Shown: positions 40,401-52,745 of the stretch, in pieces
How positions within the stretch are numbered: the stretch's first letter is position 1
Layout: each line of letters opens with the position of its first letter
Origin: Kudoa neothunni
Lineage: Eukaryota > Animalia > Cnidaria
Assembly (NCBI GenBank): GCA_964304625.1
Contig: OZ199839.1
Span: 9,405,779-9,469,778 of the forward strand
Length of the DNA: 64,000 nt
Direction of reading: 5' to 3'
Translations under genes and position numbers: made by a program
The notes under the pieces: model-generated
What the model was told of the DNA's origin: nothing
Databases searched by the model: none
What the model saw: only the letters and a program-made list of their open reading frames with translations

Positions 40401-43400
40401 TCATTTGTCATAACTGCAGATTTTATACAGGAAAAAGTTATGTAAGCTCCATAGAGAGTCATACAAAGGACACAAAAAAGTCTAAAAAACGAATGACCGT
40501 TTTATTCAGTACATCACTCCGCGGAGAAAAACCTGAATCTTTGGTTATTGGACCTAGTCGAATGCCCAGATGATTTAAAAACATAAACAACCTTCGAGTT
40601 TTATATGAATCCAACAATAAGTTTTGGATGACTAGTAAAATCTACCTAAGATATCTGTCTAAAATCAATTCTGTGTTTACGAACAAAAAAACAAAAATCT
40701 CACCAAAAGAAAATCATTCAGTAAAATTAAGCTGATCTTTTTACCAAAAAATACCACTAGTTTATTGCTACCCCTAGATCAAGAGATTATTCATTCATTC
40801 AAATGTGCATAAAAATGATGAAAAAATACACTTCGTGTACTGAGGTGGGATTAGAACCAACTCCCCCAACTATTTTAGATGCGACGGTGTTTAATAAGCA
40901 GGCGCGAGAGTGTGTAAGCGTACCCACCATCATGAATTGTTTTAAAAAAGTGGGGTATTCATCTCGGCAACCTGACCCTGTACCAGCTGACAGCATTTTG
41001 ATATCACCAGACAAAGGGTTCAGTGAAATATGTGACACAACTCATCCTAATACATTACAAGAAGAAATTGAGGATATGATTGCTGAGGGAGATGCAATGC
41101 AATAGAGAATACCAATAGGTTTAAAGCCCTAAATTTTGAAAAATTCGATGAGTCTTCAGTTATAGGTAAAAAATATTCAAGTTGATTTATATTAACTTTA
41201 TGTAGAGAGCGATGATCATAATGAAGATGAAGCGAATTGTGAAAAAATTGACATTTTGTAAAGAAATCCAATATCATGTCAGAAGGCTTTGATTTATTTT
41301 AAGGGGTAAAAAATATTCTACAAGTTTTATAAAGATGATCGATCAGCCATCTTAGCATCGTTAGAAGAAGATACACTCAATCAAAAATAACTAATTACTT
41401 CCATTTAAAAAATGATTAAACACTATATTGTCTCAAATTTGCGCATTCTAATTATGCTATTTAATAAATAATTGAATATTTTCGTGCAGACGCGCTCGCA
41501 TAAAGTACGTAAAACCGGTTACTGGCTGTAATATATTAATAAATGTTTGATGGTCATTTTCATTTGTGATACAACCTTCTCTTTTTATAACGCGTAAATA
41601 ATCTAAAACATTTGGAGAAATAAGTATCAATAAATCATAAAATGTTATTGAAAAGGATTAATTTTGTAAAAAATGAATATTTAATTAATTTGGGATTTAA
41701 ATTACCGAAAAACACACAAATCTCAGCGTGGGTATTATAATGGACATTGGGGCTTCGATAGTATATTCTAAATTCTAAAGGACCACGATATTCGTTTTAT
41801 TTAGAAAGAAAATGGAAAAACCATCACAAAAGAAGTAATTGTATTTCCGGATGTGATGGTAGATAAGTAGGACTATCCTATCACTCACAATAACGTGGCA
41901 GAATTGGGTGATGAAACATATCAAGATTCCAGTGATTCCGATGACTATAAAATTTTAAAATATAAATGGGAAAAGAATCAGAGTGTTCCAAGTCCATCCG
42001 AAAATTTAGAAATCAATGAGACAATTTTTAGCAACTGACATGACCTCATATTGCCCATTGAGTATTTCAAATTTTTTTCAAGTATGAGTTGACATCAATT
42101 ATTGCATATGAATCAAATCTATACACTACTCAACGAAACGAAAATTTCAAAACTGATATTAAGGAAATAAAAAAACAACTGGGGGTTTTGATTATTACGG
42201 GGATGTTAAGAATGGCGTGGCATCGATGTTATTGGTCGAAACTTATGAACTATCCCCTCGTTCCCGAGACTTTCTCAGGGAACCGTTTTGAGCAAATATA
42301 TAAATACTTGCACCTCGCGGATAATTCTAAAATAATCGTGGATCCCTAATTCGCTCAAATGCGACAAATTCACTAAGATTAGACCTTTGTTAGATTCTGT
42401 TAGAGAATCGTATCTAAAGATTGAGACCCAACGAAACCACACAATTGGCGAACAGATTATCTCGTTTAAAGGAAAATGTGAAGCCAAGGAATACGTCCCT
42501 AATAAACAAACAAAATGGGGGGTTTAAAATGTTTGCGAGATGTGGCGTTAGTGGTTTGGTTTACGATTTTCATCCTTACGATGGACGAAAACCTGCCGTC
42601 AGCAAACGCTTTGGTCTTGTGTCTGGCCATTTTGTCATAAAGCTGTGAGAAAGTCTATCATTGAGCGAATCGTATTTCACTTATTTCGACAACTGGTTTA
42701 AATTGATCCCGCTCTAAATCTTCTTAAAACGAAGAAATATCTATTCTGTTGCTACGATACGTATTAACAAAGATTTAAAAAAAGAAGGACGTGGCTCGTA
42801 TGATTCTGCACATGACTCTGGCAATGAAATATCAATAACAAAATGGTTTGATGGGGCAGTCTCAAAGTCAAAAAGATTCGTTAGGTCTAAGAAAAAAATG
42901 GTAGAAATTCCTTGTCCAACTGTTTGTTAAGGAATATAACCACAATATGGGTGGGGCTGACCTATCCGATATGCTTATGCCACGTTATGTTACGAAACAT
43001 AAGTGCATAAGGTAATGATTTAGTGTCTTTTTTGGGCTCTAAAAACATTCATGGTTAACGCTTGGCTACTTTATAAACTAAATTGTTCGGTGAGACGTAC
43101 CGATAAGAATGAAGTAATGGATTCGTTGGATTTTTCTTTAAAAGTTAATGAAAGTCTTATCTACCATCAAGCAATGACTACTCAAACGAAACGCGGTAGA
43201 CCCTCACTTAATCAAACTGATAACGGAAAAAGTTACGCCAACATCGATATATTGGGGTGAAATAATGAGGTTTACTTTCTCAAGATATTATCTACTGCGA
43301 GATTCATTTTAATTCGATACGTCTATAAACTAGGTCAAATATGGGGAACATTGACCTAAAATTAATTATAGGGGAGATTAAAATAATATATTTTATGAAA

Positions 43401-46400
43401 AATATGCGGAAAAAATAATTTAAATTCATAAATTTATACTCGATTTACCATATATCATTTAAACTCGGGGAGTTCAAAAGTATCAACGAAAGGTTAACTA
43501 AATTATTTTTGGAAACCATCGGTTAAAATAAAGGCGGATAACTTTATCCGTGGGCCGTACGGAGATAATACGTTAAGACAAAGTGTCACAACATTCAAAA
43601 ATAGCCCTCTATATTAGATACTTGCCTTAAAATACAAATCGAACAATAATTTGTTATTTCAAATTAATTCATTTCAAATCGAATAGGCGCCATCATTTGA
43701 GAAAATATTTTTTAACGAAATGAGTATAAAATTTTGCTATAATTCGGATGAAAGAGCTCGCGGGTCGTAGTTTTCCCACCCTTTAGTTATGTGGAATTAC
43801 GAAACAAATGAAGCATTAACCCTTAACGGCTAACCATTGGATTCGCGCGTCCACCTCCCTATTATTTTGTTGTAAACCCTGTTATAATTTGTGTAATTTC
43901 GCCGAACCATTAACTTATTTTATTATGTCGGTCGGTAGATAATGGTTTTTTAAAAATGTAGATGAAATTCTGACGAATATGCACAAAATATAACATGCAT
44001 AATAACAAAATTTATAGGGTTTCCCGATCTAACTCGGCACTTTTGCAATGTAATCAAACACATTCTTTTAATAATACGCAAAAAAGTACACTTTAATACT
44101 CAAACCCATAATTATTATCATCACTGTTATTTATTCTAATATAAACTCTCTTCGAGAAGACCTTGTGATATAGCCGAGCATTATTCGATAGAACCCATCA
44201 CAATGTGCATGTGTTATTTCGTCGAAACATTAAACAATAGCTAATTTCAGCTCTTTCTCGTCTTTACACTGTCTCCTTATTATTAAGTTTTTCTAGACAG
44301 AAAAAACGTTCTCAATAGGGTTGAAAAAGAGCGAATATGGAGGCAGGTATTTTAGGGCCAAATTTTCTGCATCAATTATGTCCTGAAGACCCCTATAGTG
44401 ATTGATTTTTGCGTTATCCATAATAAATATTGGATCAAGGATCCCATTATTAAAACAGCTAGTTTTAAGCTCCAACAAGCAAGCAAGCTTTAAAGTCTTC
44501 GCCGGTTACGGCCTTATCATGTATTTTATTATAAATCACTTGATTGTTATTGACTGCAGCAACCACAGAAATGTTCCTACTTCTAGCGACCGACGCAAAA
44601 CAATACGCTGACTTGCCTCTCAATGAGCGTCCTCTCTTAGGTCGGGTAACTACAGAAAATCCCACTTCGTCCAAAAATATCAGGCTTTCATGCATTGACG
44701 TGATTTCTAGTTCCCGAAACATGTCCGCATATCGGAACCGCTTTTCTATTGTTGTAGAACAATTCCTTCTTTCAGGAACCCTTACAACAGACTTGAGAGT
44801 GTAATGGAATTCTCCGATTACTCTATCTACTGTACTGAGGGATACGGTAACTCCAAACTCGTCCTGGAGCTTTTGTTTTAATTCTTTTAAAGAGATTAAT
44901 GAGTTTTCATCAATCCAACTGATTATTTTTTCTTTCTGATCAATCGAAAGAAGTGATCGTTTGTTTCCCCTCTAGGTTTTGGTTTGGAGCAAGAGTTCCA
45001 TTGCTTCTAAACTTAGACAATATCGACCAAACCGTGGATCTCGGTAACCTCATTTCCGAAGCGATATATCTATCCGTTTTTCCACCCAAGCAAAAATTGC
45101 ATATTTGCTCCCTTAAACCGGCAGAGATGATTTTTCTTTGTTTCCTTTTAGGTTGCGTATTTGATGTCGATCTAGCCGAATCAAATTGTTCTGAAACTAT
45201 ACATTCTGAGTCACTTGAAACTCCGCACATATTTAAATTCAATTAAATTAACAAAAATTTGTTCAAAATCAATGCTTAGCGTTAATCGAGAATGCGCGTT
45301 GAAACCTATATCTTGATTGTATAAGTGCCGCGTTTGATTGTAAAAGTGCCGAGTTAGATCGGGAAACCCTATATAAACAAAATAATATAAAGATGGGCGC
45401 ATGGAACTGAAGGTTATCCTTTAAGGGTTAAGGAGTACGCCGCCATATTTAATTGAATTATATTTAATTGAATTATATTTAATTGAATTATATTTAATTG
45501 AGTTAAACAAATTTTATAATAGGCGTTAAGCGCGATAATTTAAATTATAATTATCAAATGAGAAAAATAAGAATCCGACAATTAACCGATTGCATTATTA
45601 CAATAATGTTCAATATTCATAACAATTGCCTTAAACTATTCACACACCGCCAAGCGCACTTGTAAACTTACACGGACAATAGAATTAATTGATTACCAAT
45701 GTAGCGTGACAAAAACAATTACAAATTCCATAGTAATAAGTAATTATGGCACCCCCTATTAATAATTAAGCAGCCTAAATTGTTCATAACAAAACATTAT
45801 TTAAAAGAGGTAACTAAGAGTGGCTGTGTGTAATCATGACATTGTAAGACAATAATTTACCGAGTCCAATTCAGACAAAGGAGGAACCCTTAGCTCGCTC
45901 ATGCCTTTTGAACGGTCACCATCTGCGAATTCTTTTATATACAGCTCCTAGTAAAGTAATTGAGTCCAACTATACAACAACACAATTATAATCACTTCAA
46001 TATCAAGGAGAATTTTCTGAGCATTGGAGTCCACATGGAATTGGGCTTGATTGATCTTGTTGATAAAGAATGCATTTCCACTAGTTACATTCCAATTTTT
46101 GTCATGTTTTTTAAGGATTTTTCGAAATCCAGTGTAGTTAAGGTGCTAATGGGCAATATTAAATAAATAAACAAATCTAATCTACCTGATAGTTAACAAG
46201 AATGACTACTGACAAGTAGAATTCAGTATAACAATAGGCCAGTGATTTCATTCGCTTTCTGTAGTTAATTTTTGATGGTTGAATATTCAACTCGAGAGGA
46301 CCTTCAGACTCATGCCCCAAGTGGGTGAATGTTTCTAGTTGAGATTGAGTTAACAGTGTAATCGCTCTCCATCAAAAAATATCAAACTTCTAAGAGTCCC

Positions 46401-46861
46401 TTGAGAGCTTTTGGATTTCATTTCTGCAGCTAATTGTTTTAGTAGTCGAAGTTCGCGGGTTAGCTCGGCATATTTTCTAGTGGCCTCTGCTAGCTTTTCT
46501 AATACAATCGTATAAACATAAAAACACTCAATAATAGCGTCGACTCACCATTGTAAAAATTGTTTATTTTCTCCAATTCATTTCCAATTATTTCGTAGAA
46601 CTCCTTCTCCGATTTATCCAAAATTTCCGCAAATTGAGTCGAATCTGATCCCGCCAAAACGTCAGCTGTTTATTATTAGATTAAAAAATGTGTGCACTTA
46701 CATTATAGATACTGTGTCGATAAATGACCTTTTTAAGCATCTATAATTTTAGATTAAGTGTAATGTTGAGAGACTGATTGAAAAACAATCACTTTGTAGG
46801 ATAGGTATTGAGTTTTCCATTCTGGTGCTAGAGAGCTGGCCAACGTTTCTTCGAATTTCAT
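37471..46861 (-). CDS. XPR1: XPR1/SYG1/PHO1-family phosphate exporter (SPX + EXS), multi-exon with a 6.6-kb intron
   Basis: Start [23 protein letters not shown]; ELEKINNFY; [15 protein letters not shown]; LRVPPL; [19 protein letters not shown]; [15 protein letters not shown]; LQCIRRY...HLYNMAKY; [25 protein letters not shown]. The exact 3' end may extend slightly. Confidence 0.95.
39484..43493 (+). mobile_element. piggyBac element (degenerate transposase about 41811-43260) in the XPR1 intron, interrupted by a Tigger
   Basis: TTAA|CCCTCTCGTT ... AACGAAAGG|TTAA. Remnants [63 protein letters not shown]. Confidence 0.88.
39616..41528 (+). mobile_element. pogo/Tigger transposon (disrupted) nested in the piggyBac
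   Basis: TA|CTGCCAGTGACCAGTTTTACG ... CGTAAAACCGGTTACTGGCTG|TA. CENP-B HTH-like ORF 39838-40242, [25 protein letters not shown]-terminal QSKITNYF. Confidence 0.9.
43820..45427. mobile_element. Short piggyBac-type MITE (about 250 bp of own sequence) split by a Tc1/IS630 insertion
   Basis: TTAA|CCCTTAACGGCTAACC ... GGTTATCCTTTAAGGG|TTAA. Confidence 0.8.
44015..45371 (-). mobile_element. Tc1/IS630-like DD34E transposon with near-perfect TIRs and a lightly disrupted transposase
   Basis: 30-bp identical TIR TAGGGTTTCCCGATCTAACTCGGCACTTTT and TA TSD. HTH ([16 protein letters not shown]), [29 protein letters not shown]; 34 residues between D and E. Confidence 0.93.
45445..45504. repeat. 15-bp tandem repeat x4 (ATATTTAATTGAATT)
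   Basis: Direct reading; the last unit has one mismatch. Confidence 0.9.
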
Positions 46862-47937
46862 TTAGAAAACCTGGTTCCCTCGGGCAAATGAGACTAGTGG
46901 TGTAACTTCCAGCCTTCGCTTACACAGGCGCATGCTCCACTTTATTAAACCCTCACTAATGTGTTGGTATCGACTAGACAACTATAAACCAAATTTTTAT
47001 AATTTCCCGAATTGTTTCACCGCAATCTTTAAAAATTAGGATCATTTTTATTGAATTTGGTAAGCTCATCCACAATTATGCTGCATTTTAATGATCTAGC
47101 TGTAAGCTGGTATTTGTTTCTGAATTATAAACCTTAGTATAGATACTTGTTTTGCTGAGAAATAGTTTTATTTTATGGAATAATTTCGAGGCGGTTTTCA
47201 TTATTTATCGCTAATAGCGAAATCATGATTAGTGCTAATACACTAGTTTTAAATTGAAGCATAATCGACAAAGTAGTTAATTTAAAAAATCAACTTTTCC
47301 ATAATTATAAAATAGTTCGAAATTGTTTTGTGTGATTGGATAAGATTGATTTGAAATCACATGATGAATTTGTCACTAGGATTGGTGTGGGAAATTGCAC
47401 AATTAGATTAACTATATACGTGCAACAACACATATCCTACGTGGATTCAAGAATGAATACTACTCATTAATCAAAATATTTGCTTCATTCATTAAGGATT
47501 AAATAATCAAGATTCAATTATTTATGCGTAGTGCAATATTCTTAATTTAATTTACTGAGAGAAAAATATTCTGCATGGATTGATCAATAAATATCACGAT
47601 ATTTAATGTATTTATTAGCATGTTAAAATCTAATTTTATCATTGCATATTAAACACTGCAAGACATGCTTCCTCCATTAAGGCAAATTCCTCCGTCCATT
47701 ATTGTTGATATTTCCGATAATCCTCATCTCTATTTCTTTTAATCATCTTCTCAAAAGGTTTTCTAAATTAACTAGCTGACAGCGCTATTAAATCAAATAA
47801 CGCTTGTTCCCAGATCTCAATACTAAACGTTGTGTTAACTCTTTTGCATACACGCACATCGACCGCTATTTTTAACATAAAATTTGAAATTTTCATTTCA
47901 ACATTATCTCATCTGCGTTGCCTATGACAATTAATAA

Positions 47938-47995
47938 ATAGATAGATGATAGCTAGATAGATAGATAAATAGATAGATAGATAGATAGAAAATAG

Positions 47996-48060
<65 letters not shown>

Positions 48061-48112
48061 AAATAGATAGATAGAAAATAGATAGATAGATAGATAGATA
48101 GAAAATAGATAG

Positions 48113-48165
<53 letters not shown>

Positions 48166-48175
48166 AAATAGATAG

Positions 48176-48206
<31 letters not shown>

Positions 48207-48233
48207 GATAAATAGATAGATAGATAGATAGAT
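47938..48233. repeat. (GATA)n microsatellite with GAAAATA / GATAAATA interruptions
   Basis: Direct reading; produces the spurious YLSI-repeat ORFs. Confidence 0.97.
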
Positions 48234-48538
48234 TGTTGGAACAAAATTCTCCTCGGTAATATACAACAGGTATCATAACAATAAATCTAAAAGACCCTAG
48301 AAAAATAAGGTAATGCAATTGAAATTAATATAAAATATTGAAAAAGTAATAATGTTCCTTAACGATTGAGTATTGAGTCATTGTTAACCAATTGATTGGC
48401 TAACAATAATTATGCTTTAACTAGTGGTGAAATTTTAGTCAAACTTGTTTTCTTTTTTGTTCAGATAATAGTTTACTGTTAGAAAAACAACAAATACAAC
48501 TGTTGCAAATGCCATAATTATTATCCTAGAAATCCACC

Positions 48539-48543
<5 letters not shown>

Positions 48544-48578
<35 letters not shown>
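48544..48578. repeat. (TA)n microsatellite, followed by a solitary hAT-like TIR (AGTTTGAGAATCACTG, about 48602-48617)
   Basis: Direct reading. Confidence 0.8.
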
Positions 48579-48582
<4 letters not shown>

Positions 48583-49038
48583 AAGAGTTCGATTGCAAAA
48601 AAGTTTGAGAATCACTGCTTTAGGTTACTGAATATTTGTGTTTTTAATCGATTTGTATTAAGCATTAAATATAAGAGTTATAGTAAGTCATTTTCTATTA
48701 CCATAATATGTAACGCAAATTTAAAAATACTCATTAATTTTCTTTATATTCTAACAGAAAATCGAGGCATATTTTAATTAACGTAATTGAATAAACTTAA
48801 AAACGAATTTATGAAAGAAATAAAATTCTGAAGCTTATAATGGACTATAAAAATATATAATTTAGCTTGAGATATATCCATTTAAATTTAAAATACAACT
48901 AAAACTTGAAAAATTCTCTCACTCATTGCTAAAAAAATTGCGATTCTGCGCCAGCTGGTTATAAATAAAAACAAAATCATGACTAAAATTATCAACTACG
49001 CAACATATACAAATTCTACAATGCTCAAAAAGAGTGAA

Positions 49039-50751
49039 TTATCTTTTTAAAGTTTTGAGTGGATTTTTTCGTCGAATCTTTTTGAAGGTATGAGCTTTAC
49101 CTATTCCCTTGACAAGTCTGGCGCTTGGAATGGTGGAAGCATTAGCTTTAAGAGGTTCAGGTATCAAATAATCAGGCACAAATCCCATGCTATGAAGTGA
49201 GCTTTTGGTAGGAACATTAAAATCGTGTTTGATAGCTATTCTATCACTAGGATTTTTCTTGAAATGCTCGTTGAGATACTTTGAGTTGAGTAATTCACGT
49301 TTTATTTCAGCCCGCCTTGCAGCTGTGATCTTGCTTTTGTTTAACGAAAACAAAGCATCGTTCACCCTGTAACGGAAACCTTCCACAATGTCCACCTTAA
49401 AACTAAATGGTTTCAATGATTGGTTGGCGTTATCACTGAGATATTTTTCCACAGCTTCTAGCAACTGCTTTTCTTGCGGGGAAACCAACGATAAAGCGAT
49501 TCCAGTTTCATTGGCACGGGCAGTACGACCCACACGATGAATGTATGAGGTGATCGTGGCGGGAAAGTTAAAATTGATGATATTGTCTACTTTTACAAAG
49601 TCTATACCACGACTGCTGCTGTATTCGTTATCAGAGTTTGCTTTTTTGGCAGAAGAGTTCATCGCTTTCACGTTTGTAGATTGGTCGGTAGCAATCAATA
49701 TATCCAATTTTCCAGAATTGAAATATTCCACTATATGATAACGAGAGTTGAATGGCAATTCGTTATTCAATACGCATGAATATATATTAAATTTTTCTAG
49801 AAATAGTTTCAATTTGAATGCTGTTTGAATATCATCGGCAAATATTATAAATCTTCCCTTTAGAAGTGAGAGCTTGATAAGTGAATATAAAATTAGAAAT
49901 TTGTCGCTCTTCTCACACCTAAAACAACAAAACCTTTAGAATCGTTCCACACAAATCTACAATCAAAATACCTACCTAACTACATATTGCGAAAGTTGTA
50001 ATTCTGAAGGCAATGGAGACTCATCCGGTTCAACAGATATTGGGTCATCCAAAATCTGTTCGCACAACTCATTAACGTTAGAATTTAAAGTTGCAGAAAC
50101 AATAATAGTTTGGCTTTTATGGTTGTTGCCGCTGGAGAGAATACCAACAAGTTGTTTGATTTCTTCTTCGTAACCGTATCCAAATAATAAATCAGCTTCA
50201 TCAAATACAACCTGCTTCAAATTAGTCAACAACTTTAGGGTCGGTATCGCGTTCAGATAACTCACCATACGACTTGGTGTCCCAATAACAATATCAAAGG
50301 TAGTTTGTTGTTTGGTTGCATTTTTAAGATACTCCTCGAACAGAGTATCATCAACCAAATTGATTAACGATACGTAACGTCTGCTGAATTGAGACAACTC
50401 ATACAAACAGTTGTACACTTGAGCACATAATTCTCGACTTGGAACTACGACAATTGAATGAATATTAGACGATTCGGCTCGGTATTCTTCAGTAGTGGCT
50501 CTTCGCAACAAACATTCCAACGTAGAAATAGCATACATTGCGGTTTTACCGGATCCAGTTTTGGATTTAATCAGCAGATCTTTACCCTTGAGTGCCTTAG
50601 GTAATGCTTCCTTTTGAACTGTGGTAGGGTTAGACCAGCCGACCTTTTTCAGTGCTTTCAAAATGCGACTATCCACTGAAAATTCTTCAAACCCCATGCC
50701 GTAACAAACGTTGTATTCCTCGGGTATTTTCGTTGTTGTATCGGAGTACAT
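49039..50751 (-). CDS. DDX56: DEAD-box RNA helicase DDX56/Dbp9, 2 exons (57-nt intron 49975-49919)
   Basis: Q motif PTTVQ, KTGSGKT, DEAD, SAT, HRVGRTAR. DDX56-specific DKFLILYSLIKLSLLKG, VLNNELPFNSRYHIV, SRGIDF, VEGFRYR, AR..EIKRELLNS, VPDYLIP. Confidence 0.95.
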
Positions 50752-52162
50752 TCGAATTGAGGTGCTCCCCCCATCTTCATTTACTCAGCTATTTTTTGTG
50801 AATGATTTTGTATTTTAAAATATTATAAATTTTTGTTTGAAAATTTTTATTAAAATATTTAATAATAAGAAAACTGTAATCTACAGTGAAGCCTCGGATT
50901 ATCAAACATCCTTGGATTTTTTTTGTGATTGATTTTTGAATTATTTTCATTCGAAAAAGAGATTAACTTCATTTATGCATAACGGCTGACGACAAAATAT
51001 TAATTAACGAAATTTGTCACCGTTATTTGGTTCCTTTATTCCAAGTAAATTACTGAGTGTTGAAAGCACGTAATATTACAACTTCTGATTAGAACTATCG
51101 ATATAGACAATCTCTCAGGCGATAATATTCCAAATACAGTACAGTCTCTGAGTTCGATCAAAAATTTTGAGTCAGAAACACTTTTGCGTTTGAACACATA
51201 TAAAGGGTATTCAGAACAAATCCATTCACCGCGAAAAATAAAGAAGCAAAGAAATTCTAGAAGGAGATTCACTCAATAAAATTGTGCTAATGTCATCGAA
51301 AGAACACCCTTTATAATCTATCGTACGAGGACCGATAAATATTTATCCTAAGTAGCATGTGGATTAAATAAAGGGTTGTAACCCTCCAATGTTACGTGCG
51401 ATCGAGAACAGAGCGTTATGGCACCACAGCCTTTTGATGCTAACAACGCAGGCTCGAATCAAAATTCAAAGATTGTGTTACATCGTATATCCCATTTTGA
51501 TTATTTTATACAGTAGGTGACGGCTCTTGCGCGTTACCTATCACTCGTGGACACCTGCCGTGATTTAATGACTTACACAATTCTGTTACTAATTAAAGTA
51601 GATCGAATAAAAGCATAACAATTATACGAAATTATTAAAACCTTAGTTTTTGTTTTAATTCACATTAACTAAGAATTAGCTCAAATTTACGACTCGTGGG
51701 CACCTGGAGAGAACTAAGCAGTTTAGTACTTTGAAAGAAAAATTTAATATAATGTCAAATTATCAAAAATATCGAATGGAAATATCAGAATAACTAATAT
51801 CCTCAATTATTTTAATTTCAAATCCGTTTCCTCTTTAAATAAAATTTTGGGTAATAAAGAATCCATTCAGAAGGCTCCTAATGCAATGAGAACTACATAA
51901 AACCGTAAAAAATTAAAAACAATTACGATTTCTATGAATAACGCTCTAATTTATTTAAGTAACATGTACAAATTTTTCCGAAAAAGAAATTATCTACGGC
52001 CATAGATCTAGAAACGACTATTCATGGTATAAGAGAGTCAAAATTATACCAGTAAATATTAATAACGTTTCCAACCTAAAAATCAAATAATAAATGTGAT
52101 AAAACTTTGTAGTTATATTATACTATATATATCGTTTAATTATATGCAATTTACACATATCA

Positions 52163-52406
52163 TCTATCTATGAATTCTTCTACTATATAAAGTAGTAGTA
52201 GTGTACGTGTGGGTGTGCAAATTATAATCTTACACAGAAATTTTTTTATACTTTTTTCCTACTGGCGATACTTATAAAAATGTATTTAGGATTAAAAAAT
52301 AAAATAATTTTAATATTCCTTAAATTAGTTGTTATTTTAGATGTATACATTTTTTGGGCAGATTAACTAGCGCAATAACCGGATTATTCATGGTTAATCT
52401 ATTTAC
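52163..52406 (+). mobile_element. Degenerate short Helitron-like element
   Basis: 5' region CTACTATATAAAGTAGTAGTAGTGTACGTGTG...CTTACACAGAAAT duplicates the start of the element at 52486. 3' end degenerate. Confidence 0.5.
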
Positions 52407-52515
52407 CTAATCAACGATCGAAAACTATTTATCGAATAATACAGTTCTCAGAATCTAAATTTTTCTATTTTTGGTTTTATTAATATCTGTCCTACTATAT
52501 AAAGTAGCAGTGCCC

Positions 52516-52546
<31 letters not shown>

Positions 52547-52745
52547 CACAAACTTTCTCCTTATACAGAAACTTTTTAGATTATTTGATTTTCGTAGTAT
52601 ACTTTAAAAAATATAAAATTAATTACAAAAGAACCACGGGATTGTCTACTTTCTAACAAAGCACAAGACGAATTTTCGTCTGAGGCAAAAATGCATAATC
52701 ACTAACCAAATAATAAGTTCTATAATGAAATTAAAATTACCAATC

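Noticed and set aside
45445-45504. CRISPR-like array
   Set aside because: Contiguous 15-bp repeats with no spacers, no cas genes, eukaryotic context.
47909-48318. Three overlapping YLSI-repeat ORFs (111-121 aa)
   Set aside because: Translation artefacts of the (GATA)n microsatellite.
50882-51720. Tigger-like end at 50882, a GDGSC (OTU-like) peptide near 51515 and a repeated ACTCGTGG.CACCTG
   Set aside because: Too degenerate to assign; probably mixed TE debris.
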